From the NCBI GenBank assembly GCA_963755915.1, contig CAVWLP010000003.1, positions 32,001 through 96,000 on the forward strand: 64,000 nucleotides of DNA, in the 5' to 3' direction. The position numbers and the translations under genes are program-made. This document shows positions 44,731 through 55,471 of the stretch, piece after piece (the first letter of the stretch is position 1; each line of letters starts with the position of its first letter). The notes under the pieces were generated by a model. The model had not been told where the DNA came from and made no database searches. It saw only the letters and a program-made list of their open reading frames with translations. This stretch comes from an uncultured Phycisphaerales bacterium (GTDB lineage: Bacteria > Planctomycetota > Phycisphaerae > Tepidisphaerales > Tepidisphaeraceae).

Positions 44731-46323
44731 TTAAGATGAACTGGCGCAATCCTGTGCATCAAAATAAAGTTGCTCGGCGAATATAGAAATTCCGTAATAT
44801 CGAAAATCAACGAGCATCTGCACCGTCGCCGCAATTGCATCATGGTGAGAAGAAACACCACCGGGATCGTGAATGAATTGCAGATCGGGCTGGATGCTGA
44901 ACCAGGCATTGAGGCGAATCTTGTAGAAAGTCTCCACAGTAAGTTCCCCGCGTTCGTTGAATCCGGAGCCGGGAGCGTCGCTGAAACGGAGGTAGCTGGC
45001 GCCAAGGCCCAGAACATCGGAATCGCGCGAAGCTAGAGGTCCGGTCCATCTCAAGCCACCCCCAATCTGATAATTGGCTGCGCTGATTGCCGGATTTGCG
45101 TATCCCGCGAGGGCAAATATGGCGATCCCCGGTGCGGTGTCCTCCCCGTCCGGGGTCCTGCGCCACAGCGTCTGGTCTAAGGTCAGATACGGACCAGTGG
45201 CACCGTTTTCGGTGCCTCCGTCAAACCGATCAAACATGCCGGTATGATGCCAAATTCCGAAACCCAGCCGACCATCCCGCTTTCCCGGACCGGTCCAGGT
45301 TGCACCGATTTCACCAATCCAGAACTGGCTGGGATCATCGAAGATGTGGGCTGGTCCCAGCGATCCGGTATCGGCGCCCTCCAGTTCCGACCCATCATAA
45401 ACGCCGATTCCGGCATACACATGAGAGGTAGGATTTACGAACAATTCCGCGCCAAATGCCGGATCAGGATCCGTGGGGAAATGAAGGATTGTGGGGCTAT
45501 AGCTGGCAAAATCATTCAAAAACTCCCCTCCGTTGGCAACGAACGCAAACTCGGTATTGGCATCGATCTTTCCAAGTCTTATACGTAGTTTGTCATCGAG
45601 CATTTTTTGTTCATACCAAATCTCCGAGATTTCGGTTCGGTCGGGAGCATATAGGTGAGAGCTCGCTCCGAATGAGCCGTCCAGCGAGCGATCGTGCAGC
45701 CCGTTCTGATTCCTGAAGTTGATGAATAGCGTTCCACCATCGTAGCCGACGAGCTTTTTGCTATCGAGCGTGATGTTAATATTGAGGAGGTAGGCCTCGC
45801 CGAGAGTGTGCGTATCGGCACCACCCGTAAGATTCTTGCCCAAATAGGCTGCGAACCCACCTGCAAAAGTGATCCCATGATCTTCAAGCTTTGGTCTTAA
45901 GCCACCCCAGTCATCTGTCAGCCGCGCCCATTCCTGTGGCGGCCTGCCAATTTCAGTGGCTTGTGGTGCCGCTATGTGCCGGTCAAGCGATTGCGGCGGC
46001 TGAATTTCGCCAGACTTACTATTCTGAGTGGTTGGCAGAATTGGGTGTTGTCGGACGGGCTGTGCTGGCGGTACAGCGCTCATCCGTGTTGTCGGCGATT
46101 CGGGATGTTGGGGAAGCGGCTCCCCCGGTCGAATTGTCGGCGCTAGACGGCTCTCCTTGTCAATACTGGGTTTGTCGAAGCCGCTAATGGAAAATCTCGG
46201 GACTGCTGCGCGGCTTTTTTGAGGGATATGTGCATCAGCAAAAAAGAACTTGGCAACGCCGAACGCTGCGATAATGGCAATGGGCGTTGAAGCCAGTGCG
46301 ATTTTTCGGCGTTTGTTGCTCAT
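44731..46323 (-). CDS. Carbohydrate-selective porin (OprB family) with N-terminal extension
   Basis: LTDDWGGLRPKLEDHGI, EIWYEQ, GKIDANTEF, ETFY..IQPDLQFIHDPGG; barrel probably ends at VDF near 44803. Confidence 0.85.
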   Translation of the reverse strand: MSNKRRKIALASTPIAIIAAFGVAKFFFADAHIPQKSRAAVPRFSISGFDKPSIDKESRLAPTIRPGEPLPQHPESPTTRMSAVPPAQPVRQHPILPTTQNSKSGEIQPPQSLDRHIAAPQATEIGRPPQEWARLTDDWGGLRPKLEDHGITFAGGFAAYLGKNLTGGADTHTLGEAYLLNINITLDSKKLVGYDGGTLFINFRNQNGLHDRSLDGSFGASSHLYAPDRTEISEIWYEQKMLDDKLRIRLGKIDANTEFAFVANGGEFLNDFASYSPTILHFPTDPDPAFGAELFVNPTSHVYAGIGVYDGSELEGADTGSLGPAHIFDDPSQFWIGEIGATWTGPGKRDGRLGFGIWHHTGMFDRFDGGTENGATGPYLTLDQTLWRRTPDGEDTAPGIAIFALAGYANPAISAANYQIGGGLRWTGPLASRDSDVLGLGASYLRFSDAPGSGFNERGELTVETFYKIRLNAWFSIQPDLQFIHDPGGVSSHHDAIAATVQMLVDFRYYGISIFAEQLYFDAQDCASSS

Positions 46324-46429
46324 GCCAACTTTCCGCTTCCATCGTCGACCGTGGATGCGCACCGTCCGCGCGACGGAGGCCCGCCTTGTAAATTTGGTGA
46401 AACACGACGATCAGACGTGATCGAGAAAC

Positions 46430-47410
46430 TCATCCCGAACTGCCGGCGGGCACGATGACAGGAGATTCTTCCGCTCCCTTGGACGAATGCACTCGATTCC
46501 GTCCAGCGTTCTTCGCCGCATACATTGCGCGATCGGCCGCTTCAACCAAAGTATCGCTACCGGCCGTCGCAAGATCGGATACTCCGAAACTCGCCGTTAT
46601 TTTCAGTTGTCCATTTCTGTAAGGTAGCGAGGTCGATTCCAACTCGTTGCGGACCCGTTCGGCGAACGCCGTTGCCTGTTCTAGGGATGTCCGGGGGAGG
46701 AGAGCGACGAACTCCTCGCCGCCGTATCGACACACGATGTCTTCAGCACGTGCTGAGTTTCGGAAGATACGACCGACCTGCCGCAGAACCTCGTCCCCGA
46801 CCGCATGCCCGTAGCGGTCATTGAATTGCTTGAAATGGTCCACATCGGCGATCACGCACGCCAACGACGAAGTCCCGTGTCGCTTGTTGCTGGCCAGTTC
46901 GGCGGCCAACCGCTGATCGAAGTAACCTCTATTACGCACTCCAGTGAGCCCGTCGATCATCGCTTGGTGCGACAAGAGGTCGATCAGTTCTTTGGTGCGT
47001 AATGCCGAGCGAACACGGGCCTTCAGTTCCGCCGGATCGCAGGGTTTGGTGACATAATCGACTGCGCCCAACTCCAATCCTTGGATTTTTTGTGCCGAGT
47101 CGGCTTCTGCGGTCAAAAAGATGACGGAAATGTCTTTTGTTCGGGCATCGGCCTTGAGGATGCGACATACTTCCCATCCATCGGGCTTGGGCATTTCGAT
47201 ATCGAGTAGAAGCAAGTCAGGCAGGAGTTTACCTGCCATGTCCAAGGCCTGTTTTCCATCGTACGCAGAGTGGATTTCGACCGGTTCTTCGGCCAGGTGG
47301 GTGCGCACCAAGGCATGAATCATTTTGACATTATCAGCAACAAGTACCTTATGCTTGTCCATCCGATGCCTCCACTGCATGGCGGCTTTGTTCGTCGAAT
47401 CCTTCGACAC
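46430..47410 (-). CDS. Response-regulator diguanylate cyclase (REC-GGDEF)
   Basis: LLDIEMP, DGLTG, DVDHFKQFND, RAED I-site, RYGGEEF. Confidence 0.93.
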   Translation of the reverse strand: MSKDSTNKAAMQWRHRMDKHKVLVADNVKMIHALVRTHLAEEPVEIHSAYDGKQALDMAGKLLPDLLLLDIEMPKPDGWEVCRILKADARTKDISVIFLTAEADSAQKIQGLELGAVDYVTKPCDPAELKARVRSALRTKELIDLLSHQAMIDGLTGVRNRGYFDQRLAAELASNKRHGTSSLACVIADVDHFKQFNDRYGHAVGDEVLRQVGRIFRNSARAEDIVCRYGGEEFVALLPRTSLEQATAFAERVRNELESTSLPYRNGQLKITASFGVSDLATAGSDTLVEAADRAMYAAKNAGRNRVHSSKGAEESPVIVPAGSSG

Positions 47411-49889
47411 ACTGAATTGCTTCGATTAACCCGCGAACCTTACTTTCGATTTCCACCATTTCGCAGGCAGATTTCGCCCGGTTCCCCAAATCCGCTGCGA
47501 TATCAGTCAACGGCCGGAATCCGAGGCCGCCGGCTGTTCCACGTATGTCATGCAGCTCTCGGCGAAGTGCCTCAATATCTCTCTCACGCATCGCTGCTTC
47601 CAGACGCTCAACCTGCGCGGGGAGTCCCTCAACATATTCTTGAATCAACTCGTGGTACTTTGGCTCGCCTGCTAGAGTGCTGCGCAATGACTGAGAGGGA
47701 GATGACGAATTAGCGATGGCGGGCAGTGCGTTTACCAAGCGCGGTTCCGCAACACATTTGGATATCGTATTGCCAAGCTGACCGAGCGATTCCGCGATCG
47801 TCTCTAGAAGTAGTTTCCGCTCGATAGGTTTGGGCACGTAGCCGGTGCAGCCCGCCTGCAGGCATTTAGCTCGGTCGTCGCTCATTGCGTGCGCGGTCAG
47901 TGCGATGATCGGCAGGCGACAACCCCGTTTGCGCAGTTCCGACGACGCCGTATAGCCGTCCATTTCCGGCATTTGCATGTCCATCAGGATTAGATCAAAT
48001 TGCTGCCGTTGAAACAGGTCCAACGCGATTCGACCATTTTTCGCGACGGTTACGGTAGCGCCGGCTTCGCTCAACAGCAGGGTAATTAACTTTTGATTCT
48101 CCGGACCATCCTCCGCGAGAAGAATGCTGCAATTCAACGTAAACTGCTGACTGACGGCCGGTTTGGAAGACTGCACGACCAGCATCGATTCATTAAGTCC
48201 ATGCAGCATTTCGACGCCTGCAATGGGACCACCGTCGATTGTGATTCGGAAGCAACTTCCGACATTGGCCACTGATTCAACAACCAAGTCGCCCCCGAGT
48301 AGCTCTGTCAGGCGCTTACTGATGGTCAATCCCAGTCCGGTTCCTCCGAATCGGCGCGTCGTCGAATCGTCAGCTTGCGTAAACGGTTGAAACAAGCGGG
48401 CAAGTTGCTCGCGGGTGATACCAATGCCGGTGTCGATAACTTCCAATGTGACGATGCTGGATCCATCTTTTATTTCGCAGTCAACGCGCAGCCGTACTTC
48501 GCCGCGTTCGGTAAATTTGATCGCATTACCAAGCACATTCATCAGGATTTGCTTCACGCGCAATGGATCGCTGTGGATCACACGGGGAATTGTGTTGGCG
48601 AAGGTCAAATGCAAGGCTAACCCCTGGGCGATGGCGCGTGGGCGCAGCAGGGAGACCACCTCAGCGGTGACCTGGGGCAGATCCATCTCGATCCGCTCCA
48701 CGGTCATCTTGTTCGCCTCAATCTTGCTAATATCAAGAATGTCGTTGATGAGATCAAGCAGATGCCTGCCGCTCCGATGGATGATCTGCAAACCCTCGGC
48801 GTGCTCGCCAAAATTCTCCTTGCGCTCCAGCAGCCGTTCGGCATAACCCATGATGGCGGTCATGGGGGTCCGGATCTCGTGGGACATATTCGCCAGGAAT
48901 GTGGATTTGGCATGGCTGGCCGCTTCGGCGCGGTCTGCGGCTTGGACGAGCTGCATTTGCGAGGTGGCCAGGCTTTCAGCCATCTGGTTAAATGTGCCGG
49001 CCAAGTCAGTTATCTCGTCCTTGCCTTCGACGCTGATACGTGCCGCCAGATCACCGCTGCCTAGTTGGCTGGCCTTAGTTCGGACTTCGTACAGTCGCCG
49101 CCCGAGGGGTCCGGCAGTCATCAAGGCGATCATTGCAGTTAGCGCGACTGCCACTGCTCCAACGACCACAACGATGAACCATTGCACGCCCACGCTTTTA
49201 GCCGTCTCGGCGAGGGTATCGGAGATTTCGGTTCTCGCCCCTTGTTGCAGATCGAGCGCTTTGGATACCAACCGGTGATTTTCTACGTCATTGAGCCGTA
49301 TTAACTCGCTATCGACTTTTCCCTGTTGTTCTAAGCTGGCACAAATTGCGTCCCAATTTCGCTGCAACTTCGCGCGGTCAGCATCCAATTCATCAATCTG
49401 CGCTATATGCTCTCTTTCTTCTCGAACCTCATCCTGGTTATCCGCAGCTTTCAAAATTCCGTCCGACTCATCTCGTAGTCCGCCAATTGCATCAGCCAAG
49501 CTTCGGAAATCGTTGGCAATCTGGCCCTTTGCGGCCTGAACTTCGGCGGTTTGTTTGTGGTCAATTGCGTCTACGAACTCGTCGATCTTCGCATCCAGCA
49601 CCACAGCCGACTCCGCAGCCAGGCTCGTGTCTTTCACTTCGCGAAGTGTCGTGTCGATTGTCTCGCGCAAGGAGCCGGCGGTGACCGATAAGCTGTGAAT
49701 GCTAAATGCACCGACGACGGCAACGGAGATCGCTGAGCTGACGAAGCCGAGATAAAGTTTTTTTTGAATTGTCATCTTGTCAATTTCAGGACTGGTAAAA
49801 TCTCGGCGCACGATAGGCATGAATGCGCCTGAAACGTAGATCGGCACAAAACTGCGCGTATTTACGGCAGTCCAGATTAGATAAGACAA
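47349..49889 (-). CDS. Hybrid sensor kinase (TM-HAMP-HisKA-HATPase-REC-Hpt); start uncertain
   Basis: FLANMSHEIRTP, NAIKFT, GGTGLGL, MDMQMP, HDIRG. Confidence 0.93.
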   Translation of the reverse strand: MSYLIWTAVNTRSFVPIYVSGAFMPIVRRDFTSPEIDKMTIQKKLYLGFVSSAISVAVVGAFSIHSLSVTAGSLRETIDTTLREVKDTSLAAESAVVLDAKIDEFVDAIDHKQTAEVQAAKGQIANDFRSLADAIGGLRDESDGILKAADNQDEVREEREHIAQIDELDADRAKLQRNWDAICASLEQQGKVDSELIRLNDVENHRLVSKALDLQQGARTEISDTLAETAKSVGVQWFIVVVVGAVAVALTAMIALMTAGPLGRRLYEVRTKASQLGSGDLAARISVEGKDEITDLAGTFNQMAESLATSQMQLVQAADRAEAASHAKSTFLANMSHEIRTPMTAIMGYAERLLERKENFGEHAEGLQIIHRSGRHLLDLINDILDISKIEANKMTVERIEMDLPQVTAEVVSLLRPRAIAQGLALHLTFANTIPRVIHSDPLRVKQILMNVLGNAIKFTERGEVRLRVDCEIKDGSSIVTLEVIDTGIGITREQLARLFQPFTQADDSTTRRFGGTGLGLTISKRLTELLGGDLVVESVANVGSCFRITIDGGPIAGVEMLHGLNESMLVVQSSKPAVSQQFTLNCSILLAEDGPENQKLITLLLSEAGATVTVAKNGRIALDLFQRQQFDLILMDMQMPEMDGYTASSELRKRGCRLPIIALTAHAMSDDRAKCLQAGCTGYVPKPIERKLLLETIAESLGQLGNTISKCVAEPRLVNALPAIANSSSPSQSLRSTLAGEPKYHELIQEYVEGLPAQVERLEAAMRERDIEALRRELHDIRGTAGGLGFRPLTDIAADLGNRAKSACEMVEIESKVRGLIEAIQCVEGFDEQSRHAVEASDGQA

Positions 49890-50074
49890 AGTGAGTTTAT
49901 TCTTTAGTTCTGTCGAAAGAAGTTATCCCAAGCCACTTCAGGGGTGCACCTTTTCATCCGATAAAGTCGAAAGCCGGCATCCGATTTTAGCAATGGCGCG
50001 ACGGTCATGACATTCATGACGGGCCGCATTATTCCATAGTTCTGAGTCGTGACGAATCGAACTGGTGATCCGCA

Positions 50075-50640
50075 ATGACGATGAAGCAGAAAATTCTTGG
50101 CGTATTTCTTGGATCATCGATGCTAGTGGCGATGGTGGGTTGTCTGGCGGTGATAAGCCTATTTCATCTTGACAGAACATTGGTCCCCTTCAGCAATATC
50201 GAGATACCACAGATCTCTGAGGCCAACGCGATGGGAAGTGCCACGGTTGAACTCCACCGCAGTGTTGAGCAGTACGTTCGAGCCAAGCACGACCGGCGAG
50301 ATAACGATATTGTGACGCTCAGAGCACGGATTAATTCTGAATTCGATCAGATCACCCAGATAAGCAGTCAACTTCAAGACACGGTGGAATTTCAGTCTGG
50401 CCACTCGGTTTCCGGAAGTGACGATTACAAGGATGCCGAAAAGGACCAGAAGGATCTCAGAACAATCGACGATCAAGTGCAGTCGTTGCGTCGCGATTGG
50501 CGGGAGTTGGATTCACCTGCTGAAAATCAGCCGAATGCTGATCATGATCAGTTGCTCCGCACAAGAATGGATACGACGGCGTCGGGGCTCCTGGAGTCTA
50601 CGTTGGCCTTTCAACGCGGAGCCAACTCGGGAGCTGTCTC
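50075..50640 (+). pseudogene. Truncated membrane sensor (TM plus helical periplasmic domain)
   Basis: N-terminus resembles the divergent kinase (MKQKILGVF vs IQKKLYLGF); runs into IS66 tnpB. Confidence 0.6.
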
Positions 50641-50649
50641 CTTGCGGGC

Positions 50650-50947
50650 GTGCGTATCTGGCTAGCGACGGCAGCGGTGGATGGCCGCAAGGGATTCGAC
50701 ACGCTGTGTGGCATCGTGCGCCAAGCGCTGGGGCACAATCCCCTGTCCGGGGACATGTTCGTCTTTCGTAACCGCTCGGGTGCGAGGGCAAAAATTATCT
50801 TTTGGGATTCCAACGGACTGGTTCTTTACGCAAAGAGGTTAGAGAAAGGAACGTTCCGCTGGCCGGCGGCCGGCGAGTCCTCCATCGCGCTCAGCAGGCG
50901 CAGCTGATGGATCTGCTGGCCGGGCGAGAAGTGAAATCGATGGCATA
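50650..50947 (+). CDS. tnpB: IS66 accessory protein TnpB (frameshift near 3' end)
   Basis: VDGRKGFDTL, MFVFRNR, KIIFWD, KRLEKGTFRWP. Confidence 0.88.
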
Positions 50948-50996
50948 AAATTCATTGCAATATTCCGGTGGACCGCGCGTATTATGCGGCAGAGTC

Positions 50997-52607
50997 ATGG
51001 ACGACACGGCCCTCCTGGAACTTCCCGACGACCCGATCCTCCTTAAGCGCCTGATCGTCGAGCGCGACCAAACCATTGCCCAGCGCGACGAATCAATCCA
51101 GCTCCTGAACCAGGACAACCAACTCTTACGTCACCGCCTGGCGGCGCTGCTGCGAAGCAGCTACGGCCCTCGGGCCGAGCGCTTTGATCCCCGGCAACTG
51201 CTGCTCTTCGGCCTGCTGGTGCCCAGGATTGAATTTCTGTCGCCAGCGTCTCCTTCCCGATCCAAATCGCCCAACCGTTCCAAGCACGGTCGTCAGAAAC
51301 TTCCCGATCATCTGCCACGCCTGCCCATCGAGCACGACCTGGATGAATCGGAAAAGGCTTGCCCCTGCTGCGGCGAGCAGCGTCAGTGCATCGGCCAAGA
51401 GAAAAACGAACAGCTGGAGCACCTTCCATCGAACTTCGTAGTCCTGCAGCACATCCGCCATAAATACGCCTGCCAGCATTGCAATTCAGGACATTGCCAG
51501 AAGTGCGATGGCAACGCTCATATCGATCTGGCCACCAAGCCCCAGCAACCGATTGAAAAGGGAATGGCCGGTCCGGGACTCCTGGCGTACGTGGTGACCA
51601 GCAAGATGGCGGACCATCTGCCGCTGTACCGGCTGGAACAGATCTTCGCCCGACAGCAGGTGAATATCAGCCGCTCAACGCTGTGCGGCTGGATCGCGGC
51701 GGCGGCGAGGGTGGTCGAGCCGTTGTACAAGCTCATGTGCGACCGCGTCTGCCAAAGCGATGTCATGCATACGGACGACACGACCGTGCCGGTCCAGCAC
51801 GAAGGGCATTGCCGGCAGGGACGGTTGTGGACGTACTTTGGGAACGGGTGCCATCCCTATATTGTATATGACTACACACCGACGCGTTCTGGCCAGGGCC
51901 CGCTGGCGTGGCTGGGATCATGGAAAGGGTTCCTGCAGGCTGACGCCTACGCCGGCTATGACAAGCTGTTCGCGCAAGGCGATGTGACGGAGGTTGCCTG
52001 CTGGGCTCACACGAGACGCAAGTACTTCGACGCCCAGGAATCGGACATCGCCAGATCGCTCTGGATGCTGCAGATGATCCGCCGATTGTACGCGGTGGAG
52101 AAAGAAGCGGCCGACCGCGATGGGCCAACACGCCTGGTTCTACGGCAATCGCGATCGACGCTGATCCTGGAGCAAATCCGCTTGTGGCTCGTCGAGCAGC
52201 AACCACGAGTGTTGCCCCGCAGTCCCATTGCCCAAGCCATCGGCTACACGCTGAACCAATGGGCAGCGCTGATCATCTACACGACCGATCCTCGCCTGAG
52301 CATAGACAACAACGTGGCCGAACGCGCCCTGCGTCGGGTTGCAGTGGGAAGAAAAAACTGGATGTTTACCGGGCACGACGAATCGGCTCAGGGCCACGCG
52401 ATCCTGTGGTCGCTGATCGCCAGCGCTCAGCGTCACGAGATCGACGTGCAGTTTTACCTCCGTAGCGTGCTGGCCCATTTGCCGGGTCTGCCGCCTGATG
52501 AATTGCAAAACTACCTGCCCGACGTGTGGAAGCGCGACCTGATGGCCGAGCAGCAGGCGAAGCTCAACGCCCATCACGAGACTTTGGTTCGAGCCATCAT
52601 CCGGTGA
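50997..52607 (+). CDS. tnpC: IS66 transposase TnpC
   Basis: CPCCG zinc finger, HLPLYR, HTDDT, QADAY, CWAH, DNNVAER. Confidence 0.95.
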   Translation: MDDTALLELPDDPILLKRLIVERDQTIAQRDESIQLLNQDNQLLRHRLAALLRSSYGPRAERFDPRQLLLFGLLVPRIEFLSPASPSRSKSPNRSKHGRQKLPDHLPRLPIEHDLDESEKACPCCGEQRQCIGQEKNEQLEHLPSNFVVLQHIRHKYACQHCNSGHCQKCDGNAHIDLATKPQQPIEKGMAGPGLLAYVVTSKMADHLPLYRLEQIFARQQVNISRSTLCGWIAAAARVVEPLYKLMCDRVCQSDVMHTDDTTVPVQHEGHCRQGRLWTYFGNGCHPYIVYDYTPTRSGQGPLAWLGSWKGFLQADAYAGYDKLFAQGDVTEVACWAHTRRKYFDAQESDIARSLWMLQMIRRLYAVEKEAADRDGPTRLVLRQSRSTLILEQIRLWLVEQQPRVLPRSPIAQAIGYTLNQWAALIIYTTDPRLSIDNNVAERALRRVAVGRKNWMFTGHDESAQGHAILWSLIASAQRHEIDVQFYLRSVLAHLPGLPPDELQNYLPDVWKRDLMAEQQAKLNAHHETLVRAIIR

Positions 52608-52635
52608 GGATGTGGTTGTCCCAGCGTTGACTTAC

Positions 52636-54166
52636 CGAGTGCTGGGTTGGGTATGAATATCTTGAATCTCACCTCTCTGAAGCGGTGAGCGGACAACCTC
52701 CAAAGCGGACGGAATCACTTTGCCATTAGTAGAAGATGACGGATACGTAAAAGGGGTTCGAACGCTTTTTCCGTTGACTTGGGCGACAAAGATCAGCCCA
52801 TAGGCATAGTTGCTGGATTGCGTGGGATATTGCACGGCGTACGTGACATTGCTTGGACCGTTACTTCCGACAATCATTTTGACATCTGGATTAGGCTGGC
52901 CTGTGCTGTGGCCAACGCCGTCGAACTTCGCGATCGTTTCCCACGGACCAATAGACCCGGAAAAGTAGAGGGTCGCGTTGGGCGTGCCATAGAAGAGCTT
53001 TCCGAACAAAAGTTCATGAACAGTCTTGCGCTGCTGGGATTCAATTTAGTTCTCCAGAACCAGGGCGTCTTGTCCGTCGCATCTTCGAACGAGAAATACC
53101 CAAATCCCTCGCCTGCGGGCAGCCGAATCTCGCAAGCCGCAACGCATTCCGTGCCCGGTTTGAGATCATGTTCGGCAGACTGGGTTGCGGGAAACGGCGT
53201 GCTCAGGAGCGTGCCGTTCGGAAACCATCGCGGCCCTGAGTTGCTCGAAGCGAGACGAATCGAGTCCACTTTGAATTCCATACCGTTGGCCAGATGGATT
53301 GCATAGGTACCCGACCAACTCGACGTGCCGCTAGGCCGCGATGTCGGGAGGGTCAGGGGCATTCCAGTTGGCGTCGCGGGAATTGACGGCTGTAACCATT
53401 GAATGAGGAACGTCCCGGTTCCGGCGCCGGCAACGGTGACGGCGGCCAGCACCATTGCGGCGATTTTGGCGTTCGTCCAATACATGGCTTGACCCGCCTT
53501 TCGGGCGATTGCGCTCACGAGAGTTCCTTTTGCGACGGACGTGCCGGTGAAGGCGATTGTTTCGGCCAGCTTGGCCGGAGCGGCCTCCGATCCCCGAGCC
53601 GCCAACTGCGTCGCCAGCACCGCCACCGAGGGAACGGCCCCCTTGATCGCCAGGGTCGCTCTGAGCCGGGCAACGGCGCGGCTGACTCGTTTTTCCGCGG
53701 CCTTGGCGTTGATGCCTAGAGCCACGCCAACTTGCTCGAGGCTGAATCCGCGAAGGTATCGCAGAGCGACGGCGTCGCGGTCGGATGCCTTCAATTCGGC
53801 CATCGCATCGTCCAGGATCGGCGCATAGGTTTCCCACAGCGGTTCATCTGAGTCGCCGGCTCGCTCGGGCCGCATGAAAGCTGCCTGCCTTTCGTGATAT
53901 TCGCGTCGCGCGGCGAGTTTCCTGGCATCGTGCGCGGCGAAGTGAGTGGCGGTAAGAAGCCACCCCGCCAGTGGACCCTTGACACTGGCCGCCTTGCGCG
54001 ACAAGAGCAGGAAGACCACCTGGGTGACATCTTCAGCCAGATGAGAATTGCCAAACTGCCGCCGAGCCGCCGAATAGACCAGATCGATGTTTTGTCTCAC
54101 GATTTGTGCAAACGCGTCCGTTGAGGATTTTGACAGATAGGCGGATAAGAGTTGGCGGTCATCCAT
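52636..54166 (-). CDS. ECF sigma factor with TM and C-terminal extension (frameshift; cut by IS66)
   Basis: DAFAQIVRQ..LVYSAARR..AEDVTQVVF, GWL, sigma4 region with KRVSRA. Confidence 0.85.
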
Positions 54167-54233
54167 GGGACAGGTCTGCATTCATATAGTAATGGACGAA
54201 ACATCGCGAAGGCGACAGCCTATTGGGTCGCGG

Positions 54234-54315
54234 ATCGGGGTAGAGAAGGCTGGTTGATCCCGGCCTCCCCTCCCGCCGAACCGGACGGGCGGGTTTCCCG
54301 CATCCGGCTCTCCGG
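54234..54315 (-). ncRNA. Group II intron 3' remnant (domains V and VI)
   Basis: Minus strand gagagccggatgcgggaaacccgcccgtccggttcggcgggagggg...ctctaccccgat; no RT ORF. Confidence 0.85.
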
Positions 54316-54429
54316 TTGGTGATTCTCCGCTTTCGCGGATTGACAGGCCAAGTTATTGAATTCGCTGATCGCGATTTGTTGGTTTTCACAGAAAATATTG
54401 GTTGAAAGAGAACGGCAGCCCACCTTAAG

Positions 54430-55412
54430 GCATGCGGTTGGCGGAACGAATACGAACAAATCACAGCGTCCGAGCCCGGAGGAGTGGCGTCAGATTATTG
54501 ACCAGCATCGGACCAGCGGGATGACCGTGGCACGGTACTGTCGTGACCGGGGAGTCACCGAGTGCTCCTTCTACAACTGGAAAAAGAGATTGCGTGGTGC
54601 GTCGCCAACGCGACCGAAGCAATTGTCCGCACGAGCGTTCGTTCAAGTCACTCCGTCGAATCCGGCAAAGACAGATGCTATAGAGATTCTCTTGCGCGGC
54701 AGCGGTCGTTTACGGGTCGGTCCGGGATTTGACCACCAATTGCTATTGGATCTGATTCAGACGCTGGAGGCTCTGGCGTGATTGGCGTGGTGGTCGGCAA
54801 CCAGATCACGCGAGCCGGCTGCTGGGCGCACGCGCGGCGGAAGTTCGTTGATGCCGAGAAGACGCAGCCGGCCATCGCGGCGGAGGCGGTGGCGATGATC
54901 AGGCGGCTGTGCGCCGTCGAGGACCGAACCAAGGCGTTGGACATTGGGGGACGCCTGGCACTGCGCCAGCAGGAATCGGCGTCGATCTTGGCGGCGTTGA
55001 AAGACAAGCTGCACGCCTGGCGGGATCAATTGTTGCCCAAGCATCCGATGGCCCAGGCCGTGGCGTATACCCTGAACCAGTGGACGGAACTGAACGTGTT
55101 CGCCGGTGACGGGGCCGTGCCGATCGATAACAACGTGAGTGAATGCGAGATGAAGCGGATTGTGTTGAACCGGAAGAACAGTTTGTTCGTGGGCAACGAG
55201 CGAGGCGGCCAGACTGCGGCAATCCTTTCCAGCCTGACCAGCACTTGCCGCCGGCACGGCATCGATCCACAGCGATATCTCACACAACTGCTGACGAACC
55301 TGCCGGCCACGCCAATCAGTCAACTCGAGCAATGGCTGCAGGACCAATGGAAGCGGAGAAACCCGGTGCCGTCAGGGTAGGAAGCGGGATACGCGGCGGA
55401 CAGACAAGTTAC
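54430..55412 (+). mobile_element. Internally deleted IS66 (tnpA plus tnpC C-terminal fragment); left end approximate
   Basis: TnpA EWRQII..SGMTVARYC..SFYNWKKRL; fragment CWAHARRKF..DNNVSE; ends ...agttac. Confidence 0.8.
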
Positions 55413-55471
55413 GCTGCTGCACATAACCGTCGATAACTCTTGAGACGACCCCCCAACAACGGAGGCGGATA

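Larger units (their letters stand above)
50640..52635 (+). mobile_element. IS66-family element lacking tnpA and left end
   Basis: tnpB and tnpC; terminus ...gacttac at 52635. Confidence 0.85.
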
